A stretch of DNA of 64,000 nucleotides, from NCBI GenBank assembly GCA_964035545.1, contig OZ037765.1, positions 33,603,504 to 33,667,503 on the forward strand, in the 5' to 3' direction. Origin of the DNA: Bugula neritina (taxonomy: Eukaryota > Animalia > Bryozoa). The notes beneath the pieces were generated by a model. That model did no database searches and was not told where the DNA came from. It saw only the letters and a list, made by a program, of their open reading frames with translations. The position numbers and the translations under genes are program-made. How positions within the stretch are numbered: the stretch's first letter is position 1; every line of letters starts with the position of its first letter. Below are positions 48,631 to 63,892 of this stretch, piece by piece.

Positions 48631-49985
48631 TGCTTACATAGTTATAATTTACTTTACAAATTCTAAGGATTATGTAGACCCTAAACATAGAAATACAGCA
48701 GATTGAATATTATAAGTGTGTGCAACAAGAGAGTGTATCAAATATTATTTAATTATGATTTTATCAATCTTACTTATACAACCTACACTAAATCGTATGT
48801 AAACGGAATAGGTAACATTATTTTAATATATTATATGTTTATAGCAACTCTAATTAGGTCTACATTTACATCACCTTCTTGGCAATAATATGTTTTGGAA
48901 TATTCACTAAATGTGGTTTTTCATTCAGCTGTATAAATCTACTCAGCCTCATTCATCGAAACTGGAAAGTATTGCTATAGTAATAATAAAGCCACACAGA
49001 ATACTTAATTAGTTCTCCTAATAAACCTTCATTCTATACTATAGTTTAACTAAACTACACACTGAGTTTAAGTAAATAACTTCACAGTGTTACTATAATA
49101 AGACATACCTGCATGTTCCGTATTACACCTGGATATAGTGTCAGTATGTGGAGATAATCTGAAAGAAAGATCTTATTTTGAGATGAAGAGAAAATGGAGT
49201 CACAGTCTCCATCTTCACTGCTGGGAGACTAATAATATAATGAATCAATGTGTATACATGCCTAGAGTGGAGGGTTAGACAGAATGAATAGGTCTATTGG
49301 GTAGTCAGTAGATATTGAAAGTAGTTTGCAGTTGCCAAGCAACATGAAAGCTATTTCAAAGAGCAATATTATTACGTTAGGCAAATTTCAATATTCTGAA
49401 TAGTGTTTGCTATGTTATTATACTTTATACATTATAAACAAGACTCTATTGTTACTCATATTCTACACATTTTTCTAACTTCATTGTTAGCAATTAGTTG
49501 CTTGGCTAATTTTTGTTTTTGTAGGTTTTACTTACAATTTAATGACTAAGTTTATGTTTTCAGATATTTCAAAGCCCTGTTAGATGTGCATACCAATAAA
49601 AACACTTTTCATAATATGAGTATACAGAGTCCTTATTAGCAGGTTAGTGTTTATACTCAGTTTAACAGCATGTCACTACCTAACTCTTATAATGTGTGCC
49701 TACATGTATATGACAGATTATATTATAGGATTATGTCGCTTAGAAGACTCTCCAATATATATTTCCTATATTTTGTCTTGAATGCTGAAAGGTTTCCTAA
49801 GAGTAATGCTATGAGAAACATAAATATTTTGCACATTTATATTTATTTTAATTTTTACCATAAAATGAATTTACAGACAAGTATATATGTTACACATATT
49901 ATGTATATGTAGTGCTACTATATACTGTGTATAAGTATAGGAGTGTTTAATGCTTGTATCATTTATGGGAAGCTAAGCTATAGAT

Positions 49986-50400
49986 ATAGTATAACAGTGT
50001 ATATCTACATTATATAATATTAGATTTAGTATAACAGTGTATATCTACAGTATATAATGTTATAGTTAGTATAACAGTGTATATATCTACAGTATATAAT
50101 ATTATAGTTAGTATTACACTGTATATCTACAGTATGTAATATTATATTTAGTATAACAGTGTATATCTACAGTATATAATAATATAGTTAGTATAACAGT
50201 GTATATCTACAGTATATTATATTATATTTAGTATAACAGTGTATATCTATCCTATATTATATTATAGTTAGTATAACAGTGTATATCTACAGTATATATA
50301 ATATTATAGTTAGTATAACAGTGTATATCTACAGTATATAATATTATAGTTAGTATAACAGTGTATATCTACAGTATATAATATTATATAGTCAGTATAA
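49986..50400. repeat. 40-bp minisatellite (TAGTATAACAGTGTATATCTACAGTATATAATATTATAGT)
   Basis: About 10 units. Confidence 0.93.
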
Positions 50401-50872
50401 CAATATAGTATACAGCAATAGGCAGACCCTATTATGGATACTGAATATATTTTATATTGAAGTAAACTGTATCTTGAATTCAGAGTGACGGAGCATCTCA
50501 TCAGTTGATTCTCTGCTATTTTTAGAATCAGTGAGCTAGTGGACATGCAGAGATGGAGCGGATGTTCACATGTATGAGTAAGATGAAGACATCAATTGAA
50601 GACAATGAACTTCATTCAGAGTTTCAATGATTTCTACGTCACTTCCTGTCAATTGAATGAAAGCAAGAAGACAGCTGATTGGATGAGAGAGGCATGACAT
50701 TGAATAGAGTAATATGAGACAATGGTTTACAGATAGTATCAGTGACGTAGTAGTATGTAGAGTATAATATAGAGATCTATCACATACATGTACACACAAT
50801 ACAACATACTGACATTGTATATACACTACCTGTTACTATAGTGAGTATACAGTGTAACCTACTTCACAGTGT

Positions 50873-51337
50873 TATACTAACTACAGTACACTGACTACAG
50901 TACACTAACTACAGTACACTATACTAACTACACTACACTAACTACACTATACTAACTACAGTATACTAACCACAGTACAGTAACTACACTACACTAACTA
51001 CAGTACAGTACACTAACTACAGTACACTAACTACAGTACACTAACTACAGTACGCTAACTACAGTACACTAACTACAGTACACTAACTACAGTACACTAA
51101 CTACAATATACTAACAACAGTACACTAACTACAGTACACTAACTACAGTATACTAACTACACTACACTAACTACAGTACACTAACTACAGTACACTAACT
51201 ACAGTACACTAACTACAGTACACTAACTACAATATACTAACAACAGTACACTAACTACAGTACACTAACTACAGTATACTAACTACACTACACTAACTAC
51301 AGTACACCAACTACAGTACACTATACTATACTATACA
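50873..51337. repeat. 14-bp minisatellite (TACACTAACTACAG)
   Basis: Longer paralog of 24531-24834. Confidence 0.93.
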
Positions 51338-53120
51338 ATCTGGTGGATACAGCGGGTGCCACTTTTTATTTTCCCAGCTTTATATTCTATTCCATAAAAC
51401 AAAAGGACAGAAGAAATTAAAAGTATAAGAACTGCATAAATATAGATTTTTTATAAGCATAAAATAGTAAGAACTGTTACATTGACACTGGTGTTAACAA
51501 CAGGTTGAATTATAGTTCAACATGAAGTTTATATATATTTCAATAATGCACGGTAACTTTTTTGAAAAATCAATAGCGTTATGTATTAAAATTTATAAAA
51601 TCACACCCCAATTATGTATTCACTCAGCATGCAGTAGTATGCATAGCTCGGGTTTCAGACTATATTGGAGATTATTCTTTGTACTGCAGTGAATAATAAT
51701 TAAACTTAGAAGTTAACCCATGCAATATATAATCTAGAAATACTAAATCAACTGTCAAATTGCTACTCTGCAACTATTATGTAAATTCAATGAAAAGGGA
51801 ATGAACTTTCAGAGTCTATAGCCAGCTCAATGTAATCTAAACCACGTATATGTCCTGTAATTACACACAAGACAGTGGGATATGTTGATTATATCTTCTT
51901 GTATTATATAGAGATAAATGCCTCCATATTGCCCTCTTTACAGTCAACTGGTGACACAAACCTTGGAATATATTATATGATATTCAAGAAAGTGTGAGTC
52001 ACATGCTCAATATTAACCAATAAACTAGGTAAATAAATCTTCAAGATTGATATACACATAACAGGATCAAAACAATGTGAATCTTGGGCCACACGGAGAG
52101 GTTTTCACATACCTACAACCAAAACTTCACACATGCAGAAGGCGAGAAAGCTGTGGACAGCGAATTATATGTTGTTATAGGTTGTTATAATTGATCACAT
52201 GATAGTCATCAATGACAATGTTAGAACCAAACTGATGTCAAAATAGGAGTACTCGTGACTATGGTTTAGCTTTTACTGTAAACTATCTTTGATTCTGCCT
52301 TATGAGTCATAAATGACAAAGATTATATCAATATTTGCTATACATTTACAAGATATAAGAAATATGGACTTGCATAGAATGATTATAGGACTCATTTTTT
52401 ACTTTTTCCCAAAAAACAATTGTGCAGAATATAAAATACCAGCCACAACTATTCTGCCATATGCTTGCATGAGTTCTCTTCATCACTAGAAAATTTTTTG
52501 GTTAGAGAAAGTGTTATAAGAAAAGGTAGACAACTCTACATGTTTAATAAATACTTTCTACTCTTGCTGGTAAAACTAATGGGAAGAGCAAGTGTCTATG
52601 ACTTTTTAAATATAATTTATTATAGTAAAAGTACAGATATAAAACAAAGCTCCAGTTAATCAAATGATATAAAGTATTTTGTACTACTATTTAAGACCTA
52701 AGTCAACTCTACAATATAGTAGAATATCATGCAAAACATACATAGAAACGTTAGTTGAAAACACAAAACATTATAAAAACATGTAATGAAACACACTCAT
52801 AATATTTCTATAGCAAATTAGCAACTGAATAGAAATAGTGTAGACTTGATTTGATTAAGTAGCAGATAATAAGCGTGATATATAATCAGTACTCTACTCA
52901 TTGCCATAGAAAAGTAAGAAATAATATGAAACTGTGTAATAATAAAGTATATGTATACTGTCTCTAGTATATATCAGACTATCAGCTATAGTGTACTCTA
53001 CTTTACAGCTACAAGTTGACACTAAGTACTAATACTCAGTGACTGACACATCAGCTGAGGTTAAGAACTCTTCAGAGTTATAAGTCAAGTAATCAGAGAC
53101 TCATCTGATGTCCAGACAAT

Positions 53121-56100
53121 CTACTCAGTATCTGGACAGACTTTGTATTTAGGAAATAATAAAACCTTTCTCAAGCCAGTAAGGGTCTTTGTTACAACTG
53201 GAACCTGCTGTGTCATGTGACTATGTTTCTCAGCCAACTTTTTAGTGACCTTTTTGACTCTCTCCTGTACCTGTAATAATCAACATGGTTTAAATAGAGA
53301 CACCATAACAATACATATATAGCTTTGTTTCTAACTTGAGGAATTATTGGGAATGCATTGGTTCAATAATTTGGAAAACTGCTATATAGATAATTTGAAT
53401 ATAAACATTGTGTGGTGGCTGTATATGGGGGTCAATAAACATGGTATTTATCTTATCTAAATATTTCTTTTTTAACTATACTTTCATAGATAAATGAAGA
53501 TATAAGAAGTGCGGTGGCACATGACACACACTACATGACACATCACATGACACATATCACAGGACACACATCACATGACACACACTACGTTAAAACATAA
53601 CATATGACTTACGATATCAAACAGAGTGACAAGATCTCTATGAGAAGAATGTTTGTACAGAGTTTTAACCAACTCTCTGATGAATGGACTTCCATAGTTT
53701 GGATCTCGTATAGACTTACGACCTGAAGTAGTGTAATAAATGACTTATATAAAAGACATGCAGTCATATAGAGTCAGAAGCACCACTTGATAATACTAGG
53801 TCAGGGATTCTGATATAAGCAGACAGAGTTTACAGAACTCTTTGGTAAATGAGATGTTAAGTTGTGTATCTGTTACTTTATAATTATCAGAAGAAGTCAA
53901 TATGACCTTGCTATTGGGAATAACTTGTTCCCTACTGTATAGCAGCTAATGAACAACTACAAAAACCACACAACTACAAATAATTGTAAAATATAAAATA
54001 TAAACTGTAATTGAAAATATAGTTCATACTATAATGTGTGAGTATCTGTAAGGTTGCACTGCTATGATAATTCATTCTATCTGTACAACACTTATGATCT
54101 GCATGTACCACTAGATGAGCATACAGGTGGCCCTGAAGTACTTTACTGATAACAGAAAAGAAAATACTCCAAGCTATTAATTTGTGTATGAATTAAATAA
54201 TAGTATAAAAATAAATATAATTAAATTGGAGAAAAAGAATATAATATATTGCTACAAATTGAAAACATGCAAATAAATCAATGAGCATTAAGTAGACCAG
54301 ACATGTCTGTAACAGCTTACCATCAAAACAAGACTGTAATATCAACATATCATCAATGTTGAAGTTCTTCCTTTCCTTTTCAATTTGCTGACCTCCATCC
54401 TGACTTTCCTCTCCTTCTGAGCTTTCCTCAGATTGGGCTTCTATTTTCTCTACAAGTACACAGACAGTAGCTACATATATTGTATGATAACAGATTCTGT
54501 CAACATATTGGTGAAGTTTGAATTTTCACAGCATTCAATTTCTCAAAATCTGATCTGTTACTTGTTTGATAGTGTGGTGGGAGATAACTCCACACTGTGA
54601 AGTGAGTTGGGCTGTAAGAGATCTATAATAACACTAATGAGCCTTTTCTAACAGACGTGTGTAGATATATTTCAGTGTATATTATAGGTATGTTTTAGTA
54701 GATTATCCAAATTATTGCTAAACATGAGTTTTATGTTTCTTTGATAAATTGTAAAAGCTGAACCAAAAACGTTTTTAAAGTTTTGCATTGGTGCAACAAT
54801 CAGAAATATAAAAAATATAAATACATCAAATTAGCTCATACACTTACTAGCCATTCTGAAAGTTACAGCGGAAATGAAATATTGGCAGTTAATGCAAACT
54901 TTTTGTAAAAATAAAAACTCAATATATAAAAATATTTAACCGGTCAGCAATGGGAAGAAATAGAAACACTGAATTGTTATGTGATAAAATACTGCAGTGT
55001 TTACCATTTCTACAGGCCAGCAAAATCACAACTTTAGGTTTCCCAGCCATGTGATTGAAGTTGTCCGATGATAGCAGATCGAACACATCTAGAAGTTTTA
55101 CTGGTTCCAGATCAGTTCCGTATAGCATTCCGTAAGCTCCATAAGTGGCACCATGAGACATGAGTACAGTGATATGCATACCATAGTCTTCATGGTCAGG
55201 GCATTGAATCTCATATTTAATATCCTTCAACATTTGCTGTCAATAAATTTAATATATTAAATTAGTGTGAGAATAATAATCGGCATTAGATTGAGTTTGT
55301 GTTGTTATGTGTTAAGGGAGCTTATAGATAGATGACAAAAAGTAATTGGCATAAAGATTTCTGAAAGAATCCCTGACAAATTTTACTTATGCAGTGTTAA
55401 AATATTATTATATATATTAGTTTTTATTTACATTCTGTTTAAAGATTGTACACCTAAATAAAATTTGTTTTATAATGGATTTTGTGTCAGTATGTGTTGA
55501 AATGATTTGGGATTTCTGACCGCTTGGAAAACACATTTCTGATTGGCTTTGACTTTACCGTTGCTATAAAACCTATACTAATTATAGCTAACTTTCATTG
55601 CATGTCATTGTTAGCTGCTAAACAACACAGCCTATAATCACTGAAATAGCTTGAAAGTTTAAAGTTTGAACTTTCAATTCATATTAGTAATTAGTTCACC
55701 TCAGCTGTTCTATTATATTGCACATCAACTTCAAAGTCCAGATTTCTCAGTACTGCTAGAGTATTTGTTACATCCACATTGGAACCTGTTCTCTTTAGTT
55801 GAGGATAACCAGGGAATACAATGTTGTTGATAATCAAAGCTTTTCCTCTCGCAGTCTCACTCATTCTGTACACCTGAGGGATGAATGCAATTATTGGAGA
55901 TGTGTAAAACTTAGAAAATCAAGTTTATACTACTACAAGTAAAATTTATGTGGCACAAACACAATCACTTGCACTAGCTGTTTCAGAACTTGTTAATTAT
56001 GAAATGCAGAGCCTTTTTGTATATGGATAACTCTTAGCTCTAATTTTGGGTTATATGACAACCAGTGTGAGGAGAAGCAATGAAATGCACAATTACAGTA

Positions 56101-59100
56101 TTACTTCACATGTATGAAATCTCACTCACTAACCACAATAAAAAACAAGCATATATCTCAATTATTCAGCGTTACTTGTTGAGAACATTAATACACAGGT
56201 TTATATTTCCTAATCTAAAGTACTTTCTGAGTTACTTTAAAAAATAATAACAGTTTCCATCATGTTACTGAAATCAGATTTAGTGCTGATCAGATAATGC
56301 TCAGTCTGAAAATGTGTATGGAGGTACCTTGTTAGAATAGAATAATTGTTTAATGTCTTCTCTTCTGGTTGTAGAAACCTCCATCTTGACATTGTGTTCT
56401 TCTCTAGGAAGGAAGAAATCTTCATGATCAGAGAGATCACTCTCAGCATCAGATTCAACTTGAGTCTCATCTAAAATATTACTGATTAGCATAAAGCATG
56501 CTATAATATTTACTATGTACTGTATACGAAATTCTAAGATAAGATTGTTATTGATTGTTCAGTAGTACACACCTCTATGATGGCACAGAATCACATGGTA
56601 TGTGTCAGCATTACATTAACACATTCCATTAATGGACATTATTACATTATAACATATACTTATAAAATATAACAGAGATCATGATGCAAGTTGAATTGTT
56701 AGTCATCTAGCTACTTCAACATAGTATGAGAAAAGTATATTATTTACCTTCAGAGCTGTTAAATCTTTTATATTTGCTGAGAAAGCTTGAAAGATTTTCT
56801 TTCTGCTCTTCAGACAAACTGGTGACTGTAAAAAGTAATATGAATGTATTGATGAACACACAACTACATATTGAACTATTATAAAGTAATGAAACCTTAC
56901 TCAAATGATTTAAAAGCTGCATACATATGAGTATATAAATTGTGAATATAGTCAATCATAACGTGGTTGTAGTATGAGATACTCACAGGGGTTAAGGAGA
57001 CACTCAGGTACAGAGGGATTGTTCTTGCATGTGAAGTGTTTAGTCTTAGATGAGTGGAGAAAAGACTTCTCTCTTTTGCCATGGTACTGGATCCAGGAAG
57101 GATTCATGAGTCTGGAAGGGTGGCGGTGCTCCTCTAGCCCACAGTGAGGACAAAAGAACTTGCATCCTATCTTACAGGCACGCCATCTGGTCTCAAAATA
57201 TTTAATAGAGGAGTTGGTGATGTCAACCAGAACTTTCCATGCTTTGCATACTTGGCTGGAGTCAAAGGAAACACGGATGTTTACTATGCCTGACTTGTAG
57301 TCATGTACCAGCTGATAGGTTACATCTTTGTTCACCACACGAGCTCCATTATTTCTGGCTGTTATGGAGTCTGCGTCTTGAGAGAAAGAATTGAGCATGT
57401 CTACAGCAAGCTGGTGGTAGGCATACTGTGGTAGAGGAAGACCATCAAAACGTAGTTGAGCATGAAAGGTGACACAACCCCCTGTGTTGGGTAAGTTGTC
57501 ACTAAGGAACTCCTTGCAGAAGTATGGCACAATAAATGAGCTTTCTTCATTCTGTAGTTTACAGCAGTACATTACTCTGAATGACTTTAGAATCTTAGCA
57601 GCAACTCTCATGGAAGCATTCTCAACAAATTCTGTCTCTGTTCGTAGCAAATGTTCAAACAGCTTAACATGCATGATTCCTGCTGAAGAAAATTTATCTT
57701 CAAATGACCTGTATTCATCCAGAGTAAGAAGTTGTTGAACAGTCGAAGTGGAACTGCCAAAATCTGACAGACGACGCTGCCAAACTGTGTCATCATGAGT
57801 GAACAGAACTTGCAGGAGTGAAGTGACTGTGGGGATGTGATGGAATATGTAAGGACGCAAGTCCTCATCATTCTTATACCAGAGCAACATGCCACAGTTG
57901 TGCATGTATGTCAGGATGATGTCAAACTGCTTTTCAGTTAATGAAATGATGCTGGAAAACTGGCTGAAAATGTCTTGGAATCGCTTGTAACCTTTGTCAA
58001 ACTTCTTCAAGGCTTGCTCCACTTCCACCCAGGTTGTTGGTATTGCTTTCACAAACTGCTTACTCTCTCTCAGCAATCTCTGTTTTAGCTGTATGAAAGC
58101 TTCGCAGTAAGAGTTTCCAACTTTATAAATATCTTCAGCTCTGAACATATTCTCTCTTTGAAACAGTTTTATTTTTGCAAAAGCACCTCCATTTTTCCAC
58201 TTGCTCTTTTCATCGCGACTGATGATTTCGAAAACATGCTTTGTGTGATGAAAAAAACGATCTTTAATCTCTTCAACCTCGCTTTCATCAATCTTATCCA
58301 AATGGGTCAACACTAAGGTAGGAGGTCCAAGTTTAGGATAGGTCAGGTAGAGATGTGACAACCAATCAAAATACAGTCGTCTCACTGCCTCATTACCACC
58401 AACATCATGCTGCAGGTCTTGATACTGCTCCAGACTCACAACAACTATTGGAATACAATTTGGTTTCAAAGTAAACCGATATGTTGACTGATAGATTTCA
58501 TGACCTCCAAAGTCAATGAATCTCAGCACATCATTATCTACACAAACATCTTCCATTTTGAATACAGGAGTTGTATCATCATCAAGTCCACCATTTACTC
58601 TGTGAGTAAGAACTCTGGTTCTATCTGTACTCTGTAGTGTCTTAATCAGACTAGTCTTGCCAGACATAGTCTGACCAATGACAGCAACAGTTACCATGGA
58701 GACCTCTACACTGTCACTGTTTTTAATGTCTGTGTAATATTGTTTGATAGCACCTGCTCCTTGTTGACAAACTTCATATGGTGGTGAAGTCAATGACTCA
58801 CAATAATCAGTATCTATTTCTGTTAGTAGAGGCATGTCAGCTATATCTGGTGTCAGAACTTTCAGAGTATCATTTCGCCTGAGGTTAAGATGTCTCAAGC
58901 TAGATAACTGGCTGAAGCTATCAGGTAGACATGTGATCTGGTTTTTAGCCTCCCGATTTAGTATATATTGTAGAGAATGTCCATTAGAGATATTCAGATG
59001 CTGGAGGTTTGATAGGCTCACAATACTATATAAATACAATGTTTATTAGTAATTAATATTATAATTCAGTCAAAATTATATGAGAGAAAAGTTTTGTTTC

Positions 59101-62100
59101 AAGCTTTATATAAATGTAAATAATAAAATTAGATTAAAACTTACTGACTTATCCTTATTTCACTGTACCATATATAGCATACATTGGTTTACATATTAAG
59201 GGTATAACGGGGCAAAACAGGCTAAAAATTGAATTTTTTTCTCTCATTCATCTGTTTTTCAAATTTTCTAGGTACCGGGCACAATGGGCCAGTTTTAGTA
59301 ACATGTGTTACAAAATTCCAGGTGACTTTGTTCTATGAACTGCATAGTTAAGGTGGCTAAAGCTTGTGGCTGGAGTGTGGAAGCGCTGGGGGGGGGGGGG
59401 AGAAAATAAGCAAATCATAATTTATTTTAATCAAATACATGTATATTCTCTCAATGATATAATGCACAACGAATATTATGACTACCCATTATAGTAGCAA
59501 CAGCAGAGTGTTTTGTATGATGTATACATTGGCGAAGCTATAATCTCACCAGATGTATGTATTAGGGCAGCTGAACCTTGCAGTTTAGTAGTCTTACCAT
59601 GGTGTCTTTGATACTTTACAGAAAGGTCAGAAATGGCAATATCCATAGATTTCATTATTATTTCAACTACTCTTTTGGGCACACAAACTAATAACGGTGA
59701 TCAGGGTGCAATAATCAAGTGGCCCATTGTGCCCGGTGTGGCCAAGTTAAAAAATACATGTGGCTCAAAGAAGATTTATTTTAGAATTTGTTATACCAGT
59801 TAGACAATATAGACACAAGCAATGGCAACGATATCAGTAGAAACTAGGCTTGTTACCTTTGAGTATAAAAAAATACAGTGGCTGAATAATTACGTCATTA
59901 CCTTTTTATTAAAAAAATCAAAACTCTAAGTCATTAAGTTCTTGCACAATTTGATCGGCTTTTTGTACCCTTATGACCATTGTGCCCCCATTACCCTTAT
60001 ACATTACTATATACATAGTACACCATTACTATACATAGTATACATCACTATACACAGTATACATTACTATACATAGTATACATTACTATATACATAGTAT
60101 ACATTACTATACATAGTATATATACATCACTATACATAGTATACATTACTATATGCATAGTATACATCACTATACATAGTATACATTACTATACAGAGTA
60201 TAGCCTACATTACTATACATGGTATACATTACTATACAAAGTATATATTAATATACATACTATACATTTTACATACATTATAATAAATATTATAGTCACA
60301 ATAATATCCTGTATAAAGCAGAGAATCAACACTTCACATTATGACTACAAATATGCTGTGTTACTGTGTGTATTACAGCTATAGAAATGTTTAAATTAAT
60401 TATAGGAATATTTCGCTAGTCTGAATAATTCCATCCAATGTCATGTTAGAGGGGGCCTCTCTAAATAATCACACTACACCCTTACCATTTCATTTAGTTT
60501 AGAAGTAACCTCCATTTATCTTTCACTCATTACACTCCAAAAAGGGGGCCACACAATTTTTCTTAGAAATTGAGACTTTTAAGGATCCTAATTAATCTGT
60601 AAAAACCCTATAAACTGTTCTCTGCACCCAGGTAGCAACAAAATCTCTTCAAACTTTAAAAGGAGTTGTTTTCTCCTAATTTTGGATAAACTGGTTAAAT
60701 ATCTTAAAATTATTAAAGTTATTGACATTAAATATTGTAACTAATTTTGCAAAAAAGGTAATAAGACATAAGAGCAGGGTAGTCTGGACTCTAGAGAATA
60801 TTATAGATTTGTACAATTGAGTTTTACCAACAAATTTAAACTGAAATATAATTATGTTTTATAAGCAATATTCTTCAAACAATGCTGTTGGTTAAAATGC
60901 ATACTTTTATGCTATTTTAATGATGACTTCTGAGTCAACATTCATTTAGCTCGGATAAAGTTATAAAAGAAATACTTTAAAGCTTTGCTATAATTGAAAA
61001 TATATAATATAATTATGTTTAAGCCAACGATTATGAAAAGACGAACTGGTGGTGCCTTATTCAAAGATCATGGGCAAGCAATTCTGTTTTGTGTGTCATG
61101 TGTCACAAAAAGAGTGATTCAATACTAGAGAGCTAGGACAAGCTAACCCCCAGTTTTGCCAGACTATGAGTAAACCAGAAAAACTAACACCAGGTATCAT
61201 CCTAAGTCTGAACAGACCTATAAACACATTTGAGCTACGGGCCACCTAGGCATGTATTGCTGTTATAAAAAAAATATCCCTACCCAAATTTTAGGCAATA
61301 TATTGGCCCATCACATTAGACAGTATGGAAGAAGCGTAAATGATAAAAATGAAAACACGAGTCCAATAAAAATTTCCTTGCTAAACGCATATAAGCATGG
61401 CCATAGCTAGTCGACCTATGATAAAAGTAACTCACATCTTGATTACCTCTTCCAATTCTATTAACATTGCTCTGTACTTGTGGACTTTATTAGAGTTTGG
61501 TTCTGGTATAGGCTAATAGCATGTTAAACTTAATCTTATATAAATAAGAATTTTATGAACCTATATACGTGCTCCCATGAATGCTATTGAAAAATAATTT
61601 ACTGCAGACTGCTATGCTTAACACATTCTTTTGTGTAAAAGCCCACTATTATCTTTGATGAAAAGACAAAACTTGAAGAACTGAAAGCTGTTCCTACATT
61701 TGGTTTGCACGCTGATATACTCTTTACAGAAATCATTATAACGGTCTTATTGCCCTATTCTTCATGCAAGATAAATTTTTCTGTACGACTTATTTAGAAA
61801 CCAGCTTTAAGAATATGGAGGGATTAAGGTATGCTATGATATGTGATCATGGAACAGCTGTTTTTGGTCTAAATCAAATATTTCTAGTCAACTTTTTGCA
61901 ATTTCTTAGCAATTAGTAACAAGAAAAATTGTGGTGCATTTTTTTGTAAAAAACATAAAGTGAAAAAAGGCTATAATAGAGAAATAATTATTTTCCTAGC
62001 TGTTGGGTTTGAGAAAAACTGAATTTAGCTAGAACTTTCATTTTTAAAATTTATATTTATTCACAAACGTGGTTATCATTTATATATATATGGAATATGA

Positions 62101-63892
62101 AATGGAGAGCAATAAACTTGAGTTCATGGCAGCAGACAGCTGACAACAGAGCTGCGTGGAGAGCTGCAACCAAATTTAAGCCTAATCCATAAAACAGTCA
62201 TAGTCGTATCGACTGACTGCAAGAGAGATATATATATATATATTTAGATGTCAATTTTGCTACAAATTAATGTGGATATGAGTTATGTGCAGTGAGTGCA
62301 CTTCCATGCTTTACCAGGTTGTGATTAAATTAGCACTTTTATGGAAAAAAAAGAAACCAATTTATATTCCTTCTTGAAAAACCATTCAGAATGTGTTGAA
62401 AGCTTTGAACAGCTTGGAAAGTATACTTCAAGTCACAACTGCACCTACTTAAATAGAAAGTTTGTAAATAAGCAGAGATGATGTTTGATATGCTTTATTC
62501 TGTTCTCCAACAAAGATGACTCAATAAAATTTGCAGCATTCCCCACAAAAATGAATTTATGCTGCACGTAATATATTTATCAAACAGCCACCAAGAGAAG
62601 GGCAACAATTGCTTTTGTCAATACACCATTTCCAGATTATTATGAGTAGAAATTGTTGAGAATGGCAGCATCACTATAAAATGACTGACTCAAGCCCGTG
62701 TGCCCAAAAATGCATTGAAAGACACATTATAATGCTGCTGCAATACATTCTGATATGAAAAACAAAAATTTCAAGTGCACTGGTGTAGGTCAATGCAAGG
62801 ATTGTCTAAACAGAAGATACTTTGGAAGAAAATACACAAATGAAATTAATGACAGTTATATATAATTATGGTAAGAAAACTATGTACAATAAAACACTAC
62901 GTTGAAACATCTGTTATATAACTTGCTTCAAACAAGAAATTTTACAATATATACATGTTTCAATCATCCCAATATTTTTGTGATCTTGAAATAAATTTAA
63001 AGAATCTTGTTACTTTTTACAGATATTTAGTGATTACCGCCAGATCAATAGAAGACTCATTTGGTAGGTTCCCAAAAGATGTCAACATGTAACCATAGTA
63101 TATGTCTTTTAAACACTTAATTCTTTGACACATCAGCATAAAAAGCTTAGGTGATCTTACATAACTAGCTTCTTTAATAAACTTATTACGTAGGCTTCTC
63201 CCAAATGTATTAAGTATCATCCATATAGCAAACATGTAATTTGATTGACAACACAGTTTTGAATTGAATAGTGTTTTAAAATTTATAAATTCAGAATCAG
63301 TGTAGAAATATAAAAAAGAAACAACAAATTTTAGTTTCTCACCTACTTTTACTGTTTTTATAGAAGGCTGGTTATTAGTGGATGCTATTCTGCACAATCC
63401 TCGTTTACTTTTATTACCCATTTAAGATGCCAACTTGCTTTTTTGCAATAGCTTGAGTTAAAATAAAGATAGACTTTTAGAGTATGTAAATTTGGAATCA
63501 GCACAAACTGTTGATCTAGAAACAACTATTTTTGAGTGGCCACCTAGTAAAGTGTAATGAGGTGAGTTTTTGAGCACTTTTTGGGAGGTTACTTCTAAAC
63601 TGACACTGAACAGTCAGGTTGTGTACAGGTAATATGACTACGCTTTGTATCCTGTATATTATTTTACATACTTTAAGTGGTGTATATATATATATATATT
63701 AAAGAGAGGTAATAGTGATATTGTGAAGTAGTAATAAACATGTGACACACAAACCTCTCAGGTAGACTGGATATACCACAGTGACTCATATTCAACTGTT
63801 TAAGTGATGTGAGTGATGACACATCATCTGGTACTCTGTTGAAAGTATTGTATCCTATGTCTAGTATCTCTAACTGAGTCAGCTGAGAGAAA
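53121..63892 (-). CDS. Gene B: LRR-ROC-COR-caspase paralog, 5' end beyond the window. Exons 63755-63892, 56987-59025, 56748-56825, 56328-56470, 55700-55873, 55005-55236, 54321-54470 (or -54449), 53613-53722, 53121-53270
   Basis: Same exon phases and near-identical sizes to gene A; GQTMSGKTS, DFGGH, THLD, LMSHG, LLACRN, SIRDPNYGSPFI; no stops or frameshifts seen. Confidence 0.87.
56987..59025 (-). CDS. Gene B large exon: LRR + ROC + COR
   Basis: ORF 56952-59039 trimmed to splice sites TATAG|T and CCCT|GTGAGT. Confidence 0.92.
59998..60280. repeat. 19-bp minisatellite
   Basis: Paralog of 33389-33870. Confidence 0.9.
60495..63602 (+). mobile_element. Degenerate Academ-like transposon, copy 3 (same insertion site as copy 2)
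   Basis: TAGTTTAGAAGTAACCTCC ... GGAGGTTACTTCTAAAC. Same left junction CCCTTACCATTTCATT as 34079. FHALPGCD remnant ~62300. Confidence 0.75.
62095..62225 (+). mobile_element. Short RTE-like LINE 3' scrap
   Basis: Translates as WQQTADNRAAWRAAT, like the W...A.DR..WR end of RTE-type ORFs. Confidence 0.4.
63755..63892 (-). CDS. Last 138-nt LRR cassette of gene B
   Basis: FSQLTQLEILDIGYNTFNRVPDDVSSLTSLKQLNMSHCGISSLPE with the same splice flanks as the other cassettes. Confidence 0.9.
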
